A stretch of DNA of 64,000 nucleotides from positions 248,001-312,000 of IMG/VR virus record IMGVR_UViG_3300031857_000002. One strand, 5' to 3'. A program made the position numbers and the translations under genes. The notes beneath the pieces are model-generated. The model saw nothing but the letters and a program-made list of their open reading frames with translations. It did not search any database and was not told the origin of the DNA. Positions within the stretch are counted from its first letter, which is position 1. Every line of letters starts with the position of its first letter. This document shows, piece after piece, positions 28,106 through 37,292 of the stretch.

Positions 28106-28168
28106 CGTACTCACCTTATAATTATTATGTTAATATTTATTGCTCTAGAACAAAGAAATAGTGAGCAT

Positions 28169-28189
28169 AAAAAAGCCCCTTTCGGGGCT
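28169..28189 (-). terminator. intrinsic terminator after pstS
   Basis: AGCCCC-GAAA-GGGGCT followed by T-run. Confidence 0.85.
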
Positions 28190-28234
28190 AGTGCTAGTTA
28201 CGAGTTCTAGCCGTACTCTATTTTTGTACGCGGT

Positions 28235-29236
28235 TTACTTGATCTGTGTCCAAACACGCTCACGGATCTGCTTTGTTAAACTGTCTGGCAGTGCCACATA
28301 GTCTAAGTCTGCGGCATCTTTCTTGCCATTCTTGAATGCCCAATCAAAGAATTTTAGTACTTCATCGCTGGTGGCTTTGCTCTTTGGCTCTTTGTACATG
28401 ATGATGAAACTGGCTGAACTTACTGGCCAAGCATTGGGGTTCTTTTGATCCACAATGCTCAATCCCATACCAGGAACACTAAACCAATCAGCACCGTCTG
28501 CCGCGGCTGCAAATGTTAGGTCATCTGGGCTAACATATTTGCCTGACTTGTTTTGTAACTGTAGGAATACCATATTGTTTTTCTTAACATAAGCATACTC
28601 TACATAACCAATTGAACCTTTGATACGGTTCACATTGGCAGCAACACCTTCATTGCCCTTGCCCCCTACACTATTTGGTGAGGGCCATTTAACTGCGGCA
28701 CCACGACCTACTTTAGCTAGCCACTCAGGACTTACTGTAGCAAGATAGTCGGTCCAGTTGAATGTGGTGCCAGAACCGTCGGCACGGTGAACCACTGTGA
28801 TCAGTTCGTTAGGCAAATTTTTGCCTGGATTCAATGCCACCAACTTAGGATCATTCCATCTAGCAATAGTACCCATGAATACTTCAGCCATAACTGGGCC
28901 GGTGATACGTAGTTCTCCAGGCTTGACGCCGTCTAAGTTAACTACTGGAACAGTGCCGCCAATGATGGCAGGAAATTGAACCTGACCGTTTTTGTCTAGG
29001 TCTTCACCTTTGACTGGAGCATCAGTTGCACCAAAGTCTACGGTCTTTGCGTTGATTTGTCTAATGCCACCTGAACTACCAATGCTTTGATAGTTCAAAC
29101 TGTTGCCAGTTGCTTTCTTGTATCCTTCTGCCCATTTAGAATAGATAGGCATTGGAAAAGTTGCACCAGCACCTGTAATGTCTGCGTTTGCTGAAAATGT
29201 TACTGCGGTTAATAAGATTGCTAGTAGTTTGTTCAC
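28235..29236 (-). CDS. pstS: phosphate ABC transporter substrate-binding protein
   Basis: GAGATFP, YQSIGSSGG, DFGATD, RADGSGTT, GKGNEGV. Confidence 0.96.
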   Translation of the reverse strand: MNKLLAILLTAVTFSANADITGAGATFPMPIYSKWAEGYKKATGNSLNYQSIGSSGGIRQINAKTVDFGATDAPVKGEDLDKNGQVQFPAIIGGTVPVVNLDGVKPGELRITGPVMAEVFMGTIARWNDPKLVALNPGKNLPNELITVVHRADGSGTTFNWTDYLATVSPEWLAKVGRGAAVKWPSPNSVGGKGNEGVAANVNRIKGSIGYVEYAYVKKNNMVFLQLQNKSGKYVSPDDLTFAAAADGADWFSVPGMGLSIVDQKNPNAWPVSSASFIIMYKEPKSKATSDEVLKFFDWAFKNGKKDAADLDYVALPDSLTKQIRERVWTQIK

Positions 29237-29278
29237 TGAGTTCTCCTTGTTGTGACAAGATTATTTAAGGAGAATAAT

Positions 29279-29296
29279 ATTACAGTTTTATTACAA
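29279..29296 (-). promoter_or_regulatory. Pho box upstream of pstS
   Basis: TTGTAAT-AAAA-CTGTAAT 11-bp direct repeat, 11 nt before TAAATA. Confidence 0.75.
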
Positions 29297-29298
29297 AA

Positions 29299-30021
29299 TT
29301 ATGACCAATATTTGGATGAATCTAAACTGTCCCAGTATTTCTTGTTATTTCGGTTAATAAAGTTCTTGATTAGATACTTGCCCATTCCAAGATATCCCAT
29401 CTTCTTGAATCTACGACTATCCTGTCCAAAGTGATGTCGAACAATTTTAAACTTTCGAGGACTATACTTCCTTGACAAAAAGTAATCCTCAGAGGTTGCA
29501 AACTGTTCAGGAAACCCGCCAAACTCGTCAAACTTATCTTTGCGTGTTAGCATGAATGCACCAACTGCAAAAGGTGAGAAAAATTTCAGTGTGTGATTTA
29601 TGGTATTAAAAAGAGTGAATCCAACTATGGCCCGCATGTCACGATCATAACATTTGATGTTTAGCCCAACCAGGTCTAGATTCTTTGATTGAATTTTGTC
29701 AACTGCATCTTGAATCACAGTATTTTTAAAGAAGCGAACGTCAGCGTCAATAAACAAGATATAAGGAGTAGTGACTAATCTTGCTCCGTTGTTCTTGGCA
29801 ACACTAACAGGGCCACCATCAATGATTTCAACGTTCAATCCTGAGCTGTTATCTTGTATAACTTGTCTAGTATTGTCAGATGAACAATCAGCAATAATAA
29901 TTCTAGTGTCACCAATGTTTTGTGCTCGCAATGAGTTTAACAAATGATGAATATAATTTTCTTCATTCTTGCAAGGTACTACTATAGTGATTTTGTCACT
30001 TAATTTTGTTGTCGTTTGCAT
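29299..30021 (-). CDS. glycosyltransferase family 2
   Basis: IVVPCKNE, ADCSSD, ILFIDAD (DxD), FGGF...SED. Confidence 0.92.
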   Translation of the reverse strand: MQTTTKLSDKITIVVPCKNEENYIHHLLNSLRAQNIGDTRIIIADCSSDNTRQVIQDNSSGLNVEIIDGGPVSVAKNNGARLVTTPYILFIDADVRFFKNTVIQDAVDKIQSKNLDLVGLNIKCYDRDMRAIVGFTLFNTINHTLKFFSPFAVGAFMLTRKDKFDEFGGFPEQFATSEDYFLSRKYSPRKFKIVRHHFGQDSRRFKKMGYLGMGKYLIKNFINRNNKKYWDSLDSSKYWS

Positions 30022-30176
30022 TGTCCTTCAACCTTAAAATTGTTAAATTTTAACTGCCACTTCATTGACGCCAGTGTCATTTCGCAACTGATCTGGTCCT
30101 TGAATGCCAGTTCTATTCTTCCTGGCACGTCCTGAGGATTGTTCACGTGAACCGCTATTAATATCAGTAACCACAT
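30000..30176 (-). CDS. small secreted protein
   Basis: MWLLILIAV..., Cys pair; GGAG upstream; overlaps plcP tail. Confidence 0.55.
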   Translation of the reverse strand: MWLLILIAVHVNNPQDVPGRIELAFKDQISCEMTLASMKWQLKFNNFKVEGQCKRQQN

Positions 30177-30924
30177 TGTCTTTCTCCCGAGTCCAAGTAA
30201 TGATTTCCCAATGGCCATCCCAGTGTTCTACAAGTGCTGTACATGATTCAACCCAGTCGCCATCATTCATGTATGTTACACCGTTGATTTCTTTTATTTC
30301 TGCATGGTGTATGTGTCCACAGATCACGCCATCAAATCCACGCTTCTTGCAATAGTCTGCTAGATTTTCTTCAAACTTGAATATAAAGTCTACTGCTTTT
30401 TTAACTTTGTGCTTAAGAAACTTGCTAAGGCTAAAGTACCCAAAACCCAAGCGACGACGAATCCAATTAAATTTATTGTTGAGGCCAAGAACAAAGTCAT
30501 AGGCTTTATCTCCTAAGAATGCTATCCAAGGTGCCAGTCTAGTAATACCATCAAACAAGTCACCGTGGACAACTAAGTAGTGCTTACCATCAGCACCTAT
30601 ATGTTCTATTTGATTGTGTATTTCTATTAGACCAAAACTGAAACCATAGGGTATCATGGGTCTTAGGAATTCATCGTGATTGCCTGCAATGAATACAACT
30701 CTAGTGCCACGCTTGGCATGACCTAGCACACGACGAACAACATTGGTGTGGCTCTGTTTCCAACGCCATTTGTTTTGTTGTATACGCCAGGCGTCGATGA
30801 TATCCCCTACCAGGTAGAGTGTATCACATGAGTTGTGTTTGAGAAAGTTATTGAGGCGATCGGCTTGACAATCTTTGGTTCCAAGATGGACATCACTGAC
30901 AAAGATTGAGCGATATGTCTTCAT
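30043..30924 (-). CDS. plcP: PlcP-type phospholipase C (LpxH-like metallophosphoesterase)
   Basis: YRSIFVSDVHLG, LVGDIID, GNHDE, HGDLFD, CGHIH, NDGDWVESCTALVE; PlcP-like LGD.AYD...SLS.FLK.KVK.AV.FI..FE segment. Confidence 0.8.
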   Translation of the reverse strand: MKTYRSIFVSDVHLGTKDCQADRLNNFLKHNSCDTLYLVGDIIDAWRIQQNKWRWKQSHTNVVRRVLGHAKRGTRVVFIAGNHDEFLRPMIPYGFSFGLIEIHNQIEHIGADGKHYLVVHGDLFDGITRLAPWIAFLGDKAYDFVLGLNNKFNWIRRRLGFGYFSLSKFLKHKVKKAVDFIFKFEENLADYCKKRGFDGVICGHIHHAEIKEINGVTYMNDGDWVESCTALVEHWDGHWEIITWTREKDNVVTDINSGSREQSSGRARKNRTGIQGPDQLRNDTGVNEVAVKI

Positions 30925-30945
30925 CTATTATTTAAGATGATGACT

Positions 30946-30963
30946 ATTACAATTTTATTACAG
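30946..30963 (-). promoter_or_regulatory. Pho box upstream of plcP
   Basis: CTGTAAT-AAAA-TTGTAAT, again 11 nt before TAAATA. Confidence 0.75.
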
Positions 30964-30971
30964 AAACTAGA

Positions 30972-31625
30972 CTACTCAGGTACTCTGGTCCAGGCTATGA
31001 GTGCTCGTTTGCCCGGGATACCATTTGCTAGAAAGTTGTCACTGGTGTGAAACTTGAATCTAGCGGCAGCAAACATACTGCCTTTCTTCCACTTGAAGAT
31101 ATCTTCTATGGTAAACCAGTCAAACAAATCACCGGGAATGTGACTGAAATACTGTTGTCTTGTGGCAGCATCTATTGTGGGATTTTCATACGGCGGCACA
31201 TCTTTTGTGTACTCATGTGGTTCTTTGATGATGCTGCCTTCCTTGAACACTATGGTATGGCTGTCATAGGTGTCCAAGGGAATGATCAAGGTCCAAGCGG
31301 GCACAGTGGGTTCGGGACTTTTTTTCCAGCCACTGGCCACATCGCTGTGAACTCGATAAGGATCAACACAGTCAAAAATGTGTATTTGTTCAAAGAACAG
31401 GTCCTGACCAAATGCCTCTTGAAACTTGGGTGCCAGTATTTCAACTACCTTGGCAAAGTGTGAGTCATAGTAATCAAACACATAATAGTCACCGGACTTG
31501 ACAATTTCTCCTGACGGCGTGGGGTTGAAATTTTCATGCGGCTTCACTGCCATGACCATGGATTCAATAGTGTCTATTTCAGCATCAGACAAAAAGTTGT
31601 CAATAATTTTTGAGTCAAAGTTCAT
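30972..31625 (-). CDS. 2OG-Fe(II) oxygenase-like protein
   Basis: IIDNFLS start, HSD (HxD), distal FH, C-terminal KR. Confidence 0.65.
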   Translation of the reverse strand: MNFDSKIIDNFLSDAEIDTIESMVMAVKPHENFNPTPSGEIVKSGDYYVFDYYDSHFAKVVEILAPKFQEAFGQDLFFEQIHIFDCVDPYRVHSDVASGWKKSPEPTVPAWTLIIPLDTYDSHTIVFKEGSIIKEPHEYTKDVPPYENPTIDAATRQQYFSHIPGDLFDWFTIEDIFKWKKGSMFAAARFKFHTSDNFLANGIPGKRALIAWTRVPE

Positions 31626-31633
31626 GTGCATAT

Positions 31634-31921
31634 TTACATCAACATACGAATCAGACCCACACTGTCAATAGTGGTCAACAGTATATAGTTAGCCAGCATG
31701 CCAAAAGATTTCCTAGTCCAACTAGCCCAAGCATACAAACCACAGCCAAGGATCCACACAGGGTAAAGAGCAAGAAGCGGAGGCGTGGGTACGGTAAGTG
31801 CCATGACAATTGAACAACCAATACTAATACCCCAAGCAAGCAACTCAATAACAAAGCGAGTTCGGTTGGACTTAAAATCATCTCGTATCCAGTCAAATGT
31901 GTTAAGCAATATATCGTTCAT
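31634..31921 (-). CDS. small 3-TM membrane protein
   Basis: Hydrophobic helices. Confidence 0.75.
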   Translation of the reverse strand: MNDILLNTFDWIRDDFKSNRTRFVIELLAWGISIGCSIVMALTVPTPPLLALYPVWILGCGLYAWASWTRKSFGMLANYILLTTIDSVGLIRMLM

Positions 31922-32921
31922 AAACTTGTTCGCTGGCTAAATTCTTGCCTTTGGCTTCGCATTGAATATCAAAGTTGTTAGCAAAGGTCAGAGCCCAATC
32001 AGTCACAGCGTCATTCCAATAGAAGTCGCTGTGGGCTCGTAGTTTCTGTTTCTTATAACCTCTAGCAAGAAGTTCAGCAAGATCGGGTCTAGTTCCTCGG
32101 TCATGGTCAACCAAAACGTCCTCGCGACTAACACTATAATGAAGTGCAGGACGAGTGCCGCGCCAAGAGTCAATAACCCGCTTGACGCGATCGTCCTGCG
32201 CGGTGATGTACTCTCCCGAGTTAATCCAGTGGTGGTGTAGGTCCAATACAAGAGCCACATGCTGAGCCACAGCCAAAGTAGTGTCAAGTCCATTTGTCAT
32301 CTCATCATTCTCGATGGTAATTAAGTTTCTTGCTTCGGGGCTGAGTCTACCCAAAGTACGCAAGAATTTAGCGGGACCACCTTTACCGCTCAAGTGTACG
32401 TTGATCTTAAAGCCGTTATCGTGCCAGGTATTACCATAACCCATCCAACGTGCCATATCAGCGTGGTATTCAAATTCTAGTATGCTACGTTCTACAATCT
32501 CATCTGCTTCGCTTGCTAGTACACAAAACTGGCCAGGATGAAAGCTCAAACGCACACCGTATTTACGTGCGGCTTCGCCAATTGGGGCAAAAATCTTTGC
32601 ACAGTGATCCTGAATTTCTTGGCGTTGCCACCATGCAATCCAGTTGGGCTCAGTGTAGCCCTGTAGCATTTCGCTACCAAGACGTACCATTCTACGTTCA
32701 ACGGGCAATGTGGCCACACGTTCAATCATCCGCACAGCCGCTGACGCATTGTGATTCATGATGTCCCATTGTCTCTGGTCTGCTTCGTTGGCATGTTCGC
32801 GAAGCCACCTCATGGTAGTTGATCTGCCGTTTAGGTCACGGTCCACTGCGTTGACTTTCATGCCACCACATTCAGTAGGGTCATTAAGCCATTTGCAACA
32901 AAAGCCAATTCGTGTGTTCAT
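31902..32921 (-). CDS. uvsE: UV damage endonuclease
   Basis: RIGFCC, RLSFHPGQF, IENDE, LDLHHH, HYS, AHSD, EAKGK; TTGACT-17-TATAAT at 32928-32956. Confidence 0.9.
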   Translation of the reverse strand: MNTRIGFCCKWLNDPTECGGMKVNAVDRDLNGRSTTMRWLREHANEADQRQWDIMNHNASAAVRMIERVATLPVERRMVRLGSEMLQGYTEPNWIAWWQRQEIQDHCAKIFAPIGEAARKYGVRLSFHPGQFCVLASEADEIVERSILEFEYHADMARWMGYGNTWHDNGFKINVHLSGKGGPAKFLRTLGRLSPEARNLITIENDEMTNGLDTTLAVAQHVALVLDLHHHWINSGEYITAQDDRVKRVIDSWRGTRPALHYSVSREDVLVDHDRGTRPDLAELLARGYKKQKLRAHSDFYWNDAVTDWALTFANNFDIQCEAKGKNLASEQVYERYIA

Positions 32922-32952
32922 ATGAGTATTATATACTCAATTGTACAAAAAG

Positions 32953-33876
32953 TCAACTTCTTGCTTGCCGAACTAGATCTAATGTGACGCAATGGAATCC
33001 ACCACCCAATGTTCGACTGTGACGTAGTTCCAACGGAATTACCGTAAATCGATAACTTTCCAGTGTTTTGATCAATTCGGTTTGGTGCCGGTCCACAATC
33101 ACAGTTTCTGGATCCACTGTAAGCATGTTCATTGCTATCCATTTTGAAGCATACGGATAGCCGTAAAAACTCTGTGGTACTACATTGTTAATCCAAATCT
33201 TTTGCCAACCTTCAAACACCCGTGGCACATTATCAAAATTCACACGACTGGCATTGAGCATGACCAGGCCTTCACGCAGGGCCACAATAGTTGAATCAAT
33301 GTGAACTCCGGCATAAAAATTGCACATCTCTATTGTGACATTGGGAAATTGATCGCATAACCAATTGTAAGCTGATTTGCTGCCTGATGCACTTTCCAAG
33401 AACAGCATCTTGTTTGGGCCCAAACGCAACACATTGGCAGCATCTAATACCATGTCACCGCCACGTGGCATGTGTCGGATTTCGCCAGCATAGGTCAATA
33501 TGTCGTGATAGCACTGATATTCCATGTCTCTACAGGGATACATCATAGCAGGGTCAATCACTACATCACCGTGTACAATAAACCGATCTCTAGGACAATA
33601 GTTGTACAAGCCATCGTGGGCCTGAAAATTCATGTTCTCTGGGCGTAGTACTTCTACACCCAAGTTACCCAGTGTGTTGGCCAAGGTATCTAGATCTTCA
33701 TTGGCTTCGTCTATGATCCAGTCTGGCACAGGTCCTGACGGCACAGGTGATTCTGTCCATGTGGTCTTTTGGCTCTCCAAGCTAAACACAGGATCGTGAA
33801 CGGGCCAATTGGCGTGATCTGCACGACCAACCACAATCTTTTTCAGTGGATCCCACTCATTAAATGTGCTTATCAT
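32953..33876 (-). CDS. amidinotransferase (glycine/inosamine-phosphate amidinotransferase family)
   Basis: NEWDPL, YCPRD, DAAN, HIDST, GGGFHCVT (Asp-His-Cys triad). Confidence 0.9.
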   Translation of the reverse strand: MISTFNEWDPLKKIVVGRADHANWPVHDPVFSLESQKTTWTESPVPSGPVPDWIIDEANEDLDTLANTLGNLGVEVLRPENMNFQAHDGLYNYCPRDRFIVHGDVVIDPAMMYPCRDMEYQCYHDILTYAGEIRHMPRGGDMVLDAANVLRLGPNKMLFLESASGSKSAYNWLCDQFPNVTIEMCNFYAGVHIDSTIVALREGLVMLNASRVNFDNVPRVFEGWQKIWINNVVPQSFYGYPYASKWIAMNMLTVDPETVIVDRHQTELIKTLESYRFTVIPLELRHSRTLGGGFHCVTLDLVRQARS

Positions 33877-34391
33877 ACGTGTCCTGTAATTTGCAATGTA
33901 TATCGATCTTCCAGCCCAATATTGGCAGCCATGTGTGGTGCATCGTACACCCATTCTACAGTTGTACCTGCTGTCCATTTTACATAAGGCTGACCAATAA
34001 CTTCTAGGTAGTGCCCTGATTGCCAGTCCTCTAACAACACTAATGCACGTCGGATTGACTGTTCTTGTCCTTGCAGATTAAACAATTCAATGTAACGTTT
34101 GTACAGGTCTTGATGTACCGGCATTACAGTACCTGTGGGCATGCGATAAAACGCAAGACCAATATCTTTCCATCCCATCTCAGTATAGATCTTAATAAAC
34201 TTATCAGCCCATGCTGGTAAACGATGGCGCATGTCGCAAAGATCCCCGCATATTTTAGTGTGATATCCTTGTGCTAACCACTGAGACACGCTGACAGGAT
34301 CGTTAAAAGGCTCCTGAATGTAATCAAGAGCCTTAAACTCATCGTCCCAGAATACAGGAAGATGATACTTATTGACCACGTGTGTTGCCAT
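33873..34391 (-). CDS. 2OG-Fe(II) oxygenase-like protein
   Basis: MPVHQD (HxD), PHMAAN, RYTLQIT. Confidence 0.75.
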   Translation of the reverse strand: MATHVVNKYHLPVFWDDEFKALDYIQEPFNDPVSVSQWLAQGYHTKICGDLCDMRHRLPAWADKFIKIYTEMGWKDIGLAFYRMPTGTVMPVHQDLYKRYIELFNLQGQEQSIRRALVLLEDWQSGHYLEVIGQPYVKWTAGTTVEWVYDAPHMAANIGLEDRYTLQITGHV

Positions 34392-35607
34392 AGTGAACAA
34401 CCTTAACATCTGGGGTAGATGTCAGTTTGCGCCATGGGTCAACAATGATACTGCCCTTGGGGATGTCACAGTAGGCTTGTGTGTCTTGTTGCTCGCCTGT
34501 GTATTCGTAAGTGATCTTGCGATTGTGTGCCCACAAAAACACAGCAGGGCCGGCAACTTCCTTAATAACTTCGTCTTGGTTGTCTGCCAAGGGATCAACA
34601 TAGCGCACATTAAATCCAGCTTGTTTGACATAGTGTCCAACCAAGGTAGAATAGCTACCAATACAGTATTCAACGTCTGGTTTGTAGGCTTTGCCATGAA
34701 TCACAACACTCATGCCATTTTGTTTGGCTTGTTCTACCAGGAACAATGCCAGATTCTTGGCTTGGATTTCACGAGCATGCATGATTGTGTCAAACAAGTC
34801 ATATCCTACTTCGTAGTGTTCTGCTAACCAACGAAGTGCAATATTATCACGTGGATGACAAGCACCTGCATCTCCCATGCCTGCTGTCATGTACTTGGGA
34901 CCTTGTAGTCGCATGGTGCTTCGTGCCAAGGCGTTTGTAACAACGTCAACGTTGATGTTGCCAATCTTCATAGCAAAGTCTTGAATCATGTTAACAATAC
35001 CAACCTTGGCCGAGATGTAGGTGTTGTAGAAGATCTTGATAGCTTCACATTCGTCCCAGGTGCCAATTTCGTAACGTGGGTCGTTGTTCATGATTGTTTT
35101 GTACAACGCAATCAACTCACCTGCAATACCTGTAAGCTCGCCATCTTCTGTGCCAATGATAACCATCTCAGGATTGGCCATGTCCCACTTCACTGATCCC
35201 ATGGCAATGAGGTAAGGATTGTACAAGAATTGATGTTTGGGGTCTAGCAATGTAATAAACTTGCTACGTGTGGTACCAGGTAGCACCGTAGAAATCAACA
35301 CAACTTTCTTGCTGGTCTTGGCATGTTGGTTGACTTTGTTGATGGCATCAATCACCGCATCGTGGCCAAAGTCCTTGGGGGTCATGTGACTTGATGGGAC
35401 TGATCCATCATATCCTTCTGCGTGTGGGGTTGGCACAGCAATAAAGATCCATTCGCTTTCATTGACCAACTCGTCAATGTCGCAAACTTTTACAGTGTCG
35501 CTAGTACGTGGGTAAATATCATAACCCCGCACTGTGTGCTTTTCTGCCATAACTTCGGCGCAATCAAGGCCAAGTTTACCGATACCGATAAATCCAATTT
35601 TTTTCAT
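34369..35607 (-). CDS. ugd: UDP-glucose/GDP-mannose 6-dehydrogenase family
   Basis: GIGKLG, IAVPTP, EAIKIFYN, GACHPRD, AYKPD. Confidence 0.88.
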   Translation of the reverse strand: MKKIGFIGIGKLGLDCAEVMAEKHTVRGYDIYPRTSDTVKVCDIDELVNESEWIFIAVPTPHAEGYDGSVPSSHMTPKDFGHDAVIDAINKVNQHAKTSKKVVLISTVLPGTTRSKFITLLDPKHQFLYNPYLIAMGSVKWDMANPEMVIIGTEDGELTGIAGELIALYKTIMNNDPRYEIGTWDECEAIKIFYNTYISAKVGIVNMIQDFAMKIGNINVDVVTNALARSTMRLQGPKYMTAGMGDAGACHPRDNIALRWLAEHYEVGYDLFDTIMHAREIQAKNLALFLVEQAKQNGMSVVIHGKAYKPDVEYCIGSYSTLVGHYVKQAGFNVRYVDPLADNQDEVIKEVAGPAVFLWAHNRKITYEYTGEQQDTQAYCDIPKGSIIVDPWRKLTSTPDVKVVHYGNTRGQ

Positions 35608-35610
35608 ATT

Positions 35611-36918
35611 ATGAGTGTTCCTTTAGATAGATTATACAATCACTTAGACAGTTTATGCAACCATGATGCTTTAATTTATCGCTTTTATCCGCATGGCTCA
35701 AAAAAACTTGAAGATATACATCCCTTGTATGATTTCTCTCAACGTGGATGGCAGTATCAAATTGGAACTCCAGGCATGCTGTGTCATGATCAGGAACCGC
35801 TGATGTTTGATCAGTATTCTAATCATGACATGTTGAATTATTTTGTGCATTATAACCCAGCAGTACTTGATGATACCAAAGCTGTTAATCGACTAAAAGA
35901 GTTAATCAATACGCAACATTTGCGATCAATGACCTGGTCACGGCATGGCATATACGACACCACGCTGTTGTTACACAGTGAAAAACACAGTGAAAATCTT
36001 GCCCGGTATGAACAAGTGGGATTTATAGGAGTATACTGGTGGGCACATGCCGCTATTGCCAATGATTGGTACCGATATGCCAAACATGATCCTGAGCTTG
36101 CAGTTAATTTTAACAATATCAGCCAGGATTTTTTGGTATACAATCGTGCCTGGACCGGCACACGAGAATATCGACTGAAATTTACCGAACTAGTAATCAA
36201 TTTAGATCTTCAATCCCGTTGTCTCATGAAGTTTTCTACCACCTGCGACGGGCAGCACTATTCTAAATTTAATTTTAAAAATCCAACATTGGCAATATCA
36301 CAACATGATTTAGAAGCACACTTTGATCCGTGCACCATCAATGCTACTGCTAGTGCAGATTACCATGCGCCGGATTACGCACACACTGGAATAGAGATTG
36401 TGTTAGAAACATTGTTTGATGATACACGATGGCACCTAACTGAAAAGTCACTTAGACCAATTGCCTGTGGTAGGCCTTTTATGCTAGCAGGCACCCCAGG
36501 TAGTTTAGAATATCTCAGGAGTTACGGGTTTGAAACGTTTGGCAACTTGATTGACGAGTCCTACGATCAAATTGCAAACTCAGTTGAGAGACTGCAATGC
36601 ATCACTGCGGAAATGTCACGTATTAGTAAGTTGCCACAAAAACAAAAACTTCAGCTATGGCAATCCTTGTATGAAATTGCAGACCGTAACAAACAGTTAT
36701 TTTTTAGTGACGCATGGCAACAACAAATTTTTGATGAGTTTGTCAGCAACTTTAATCAAAGTATTTCTATCATGGAACATTGCAAAACAGGGCAGCATTG
36801 GTTGAAATTTCGAGATGCGTGGATTGCATGCCCTGATCAATTCAAACTTGCTGACCCAGTAATATTAGAAAGTATGTTACATCAAGAAGAAGTTGAACAA
36901 CTGTTAAATCGTACTTAA
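35611..36918 (+). CDS. hypothetical protein, possibly glycosyltransferase-related
   Basis: Start MSVPLD; HDQEP and IVLET...LTEKSLRPI...PF...LRSYGFETF..IDESYD pattern. Confidence 0.7.
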   Translation: MSVPLDRLYNHLDSLCNHDALIYRFYPHGSKKLEDIHPLYDFSQRGWQYQIGTPGMLCHDQEPLMFDQYSNHDMLNYFVHYNPAVLDDTKAVNRLKELINTQHLRSMTWSRHGIYDTTLLLHSEKHSENLARYEQVGFIGVYWWAHAAIANDWYRYAKHDPELAVNFNNISQDFLVYNRAWTGTREYRLKFTELVINLDLQSRCLMKFSTTCDGQHYSKFNFKNPTLAISQHDLEAHFDPCTINATASADYHAPDYAHTGIEIVLETLFDDTRWHLTEKSLRPIACGRPFMLAGTPGSLEYLRSYGFETFGNLIDESYDQIANSVERLQCITAEMSRISKLPQKQKLQLWQSLYEIADRNKQLFFSDAWQQQIFDEFVSNFNQSISIMEHCKTGQHWLKFRDAWIACPDQFKLADPVILESMLHQEEVEQLLNRT

Positions 36919-37271
36919 ATTGATTTTATGTATACTCCAGTCCAGTTGGGTCCTGGGGGATTGTTCCTGAATGCTCGAACACGATTTTGTATTTCTTCAT
37001 AGAACGTGTCTACTGTGCCGCCCCACTTGCCCTTGAGTTCTTCAAGTGCTTGCTCACAAAAATCCCAATGCTGTTCACGATAGTATTTAATCACATCTGC
37101 ATGCAGTTTCTTGTGTGCTTCGATTAATGGGAATTCATTCAGGGGAATTTTCTCTACTACACAATAAGCGGTAAATGGTTCTGCTCCGGGCTTGACACAG
37201 ATGGTATCTAGTTCTAGTACTGTATGCCCATTGGGCATCAATTTAACAGCTTCTCCAAATATAATGTTCAT
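36915..37271 (-). CDS. protein resembling the C-terminal tail of class III adenylate cyclases
   Basis: LELDTICVK...AY...YREQHW...NPP..NWTGV; no full catalytic domain. Confidence 0.55.
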   Translation of the reverse strand: MNIIFGEAVKLMPNGHTVLELDTICVKPGAEPFTAYCVVEKIPLNEFPLIEAHKKLHADVIKYYREQHWDFCEQALEELKGKWGGTVDTFYEEIQNRVRAFRNNPPGPNWTGVYIKSI

Positions 37272-37292
37272 GTGATTTCCTTTTAAATATGT

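Noticed and set aside
30043-30924. Lipid A enzyme LpxH
   Set aside because: Same superfamily, but the internal segment, NDGDWVES motif and Pho-box/GT/pstS context fit PlcP better.
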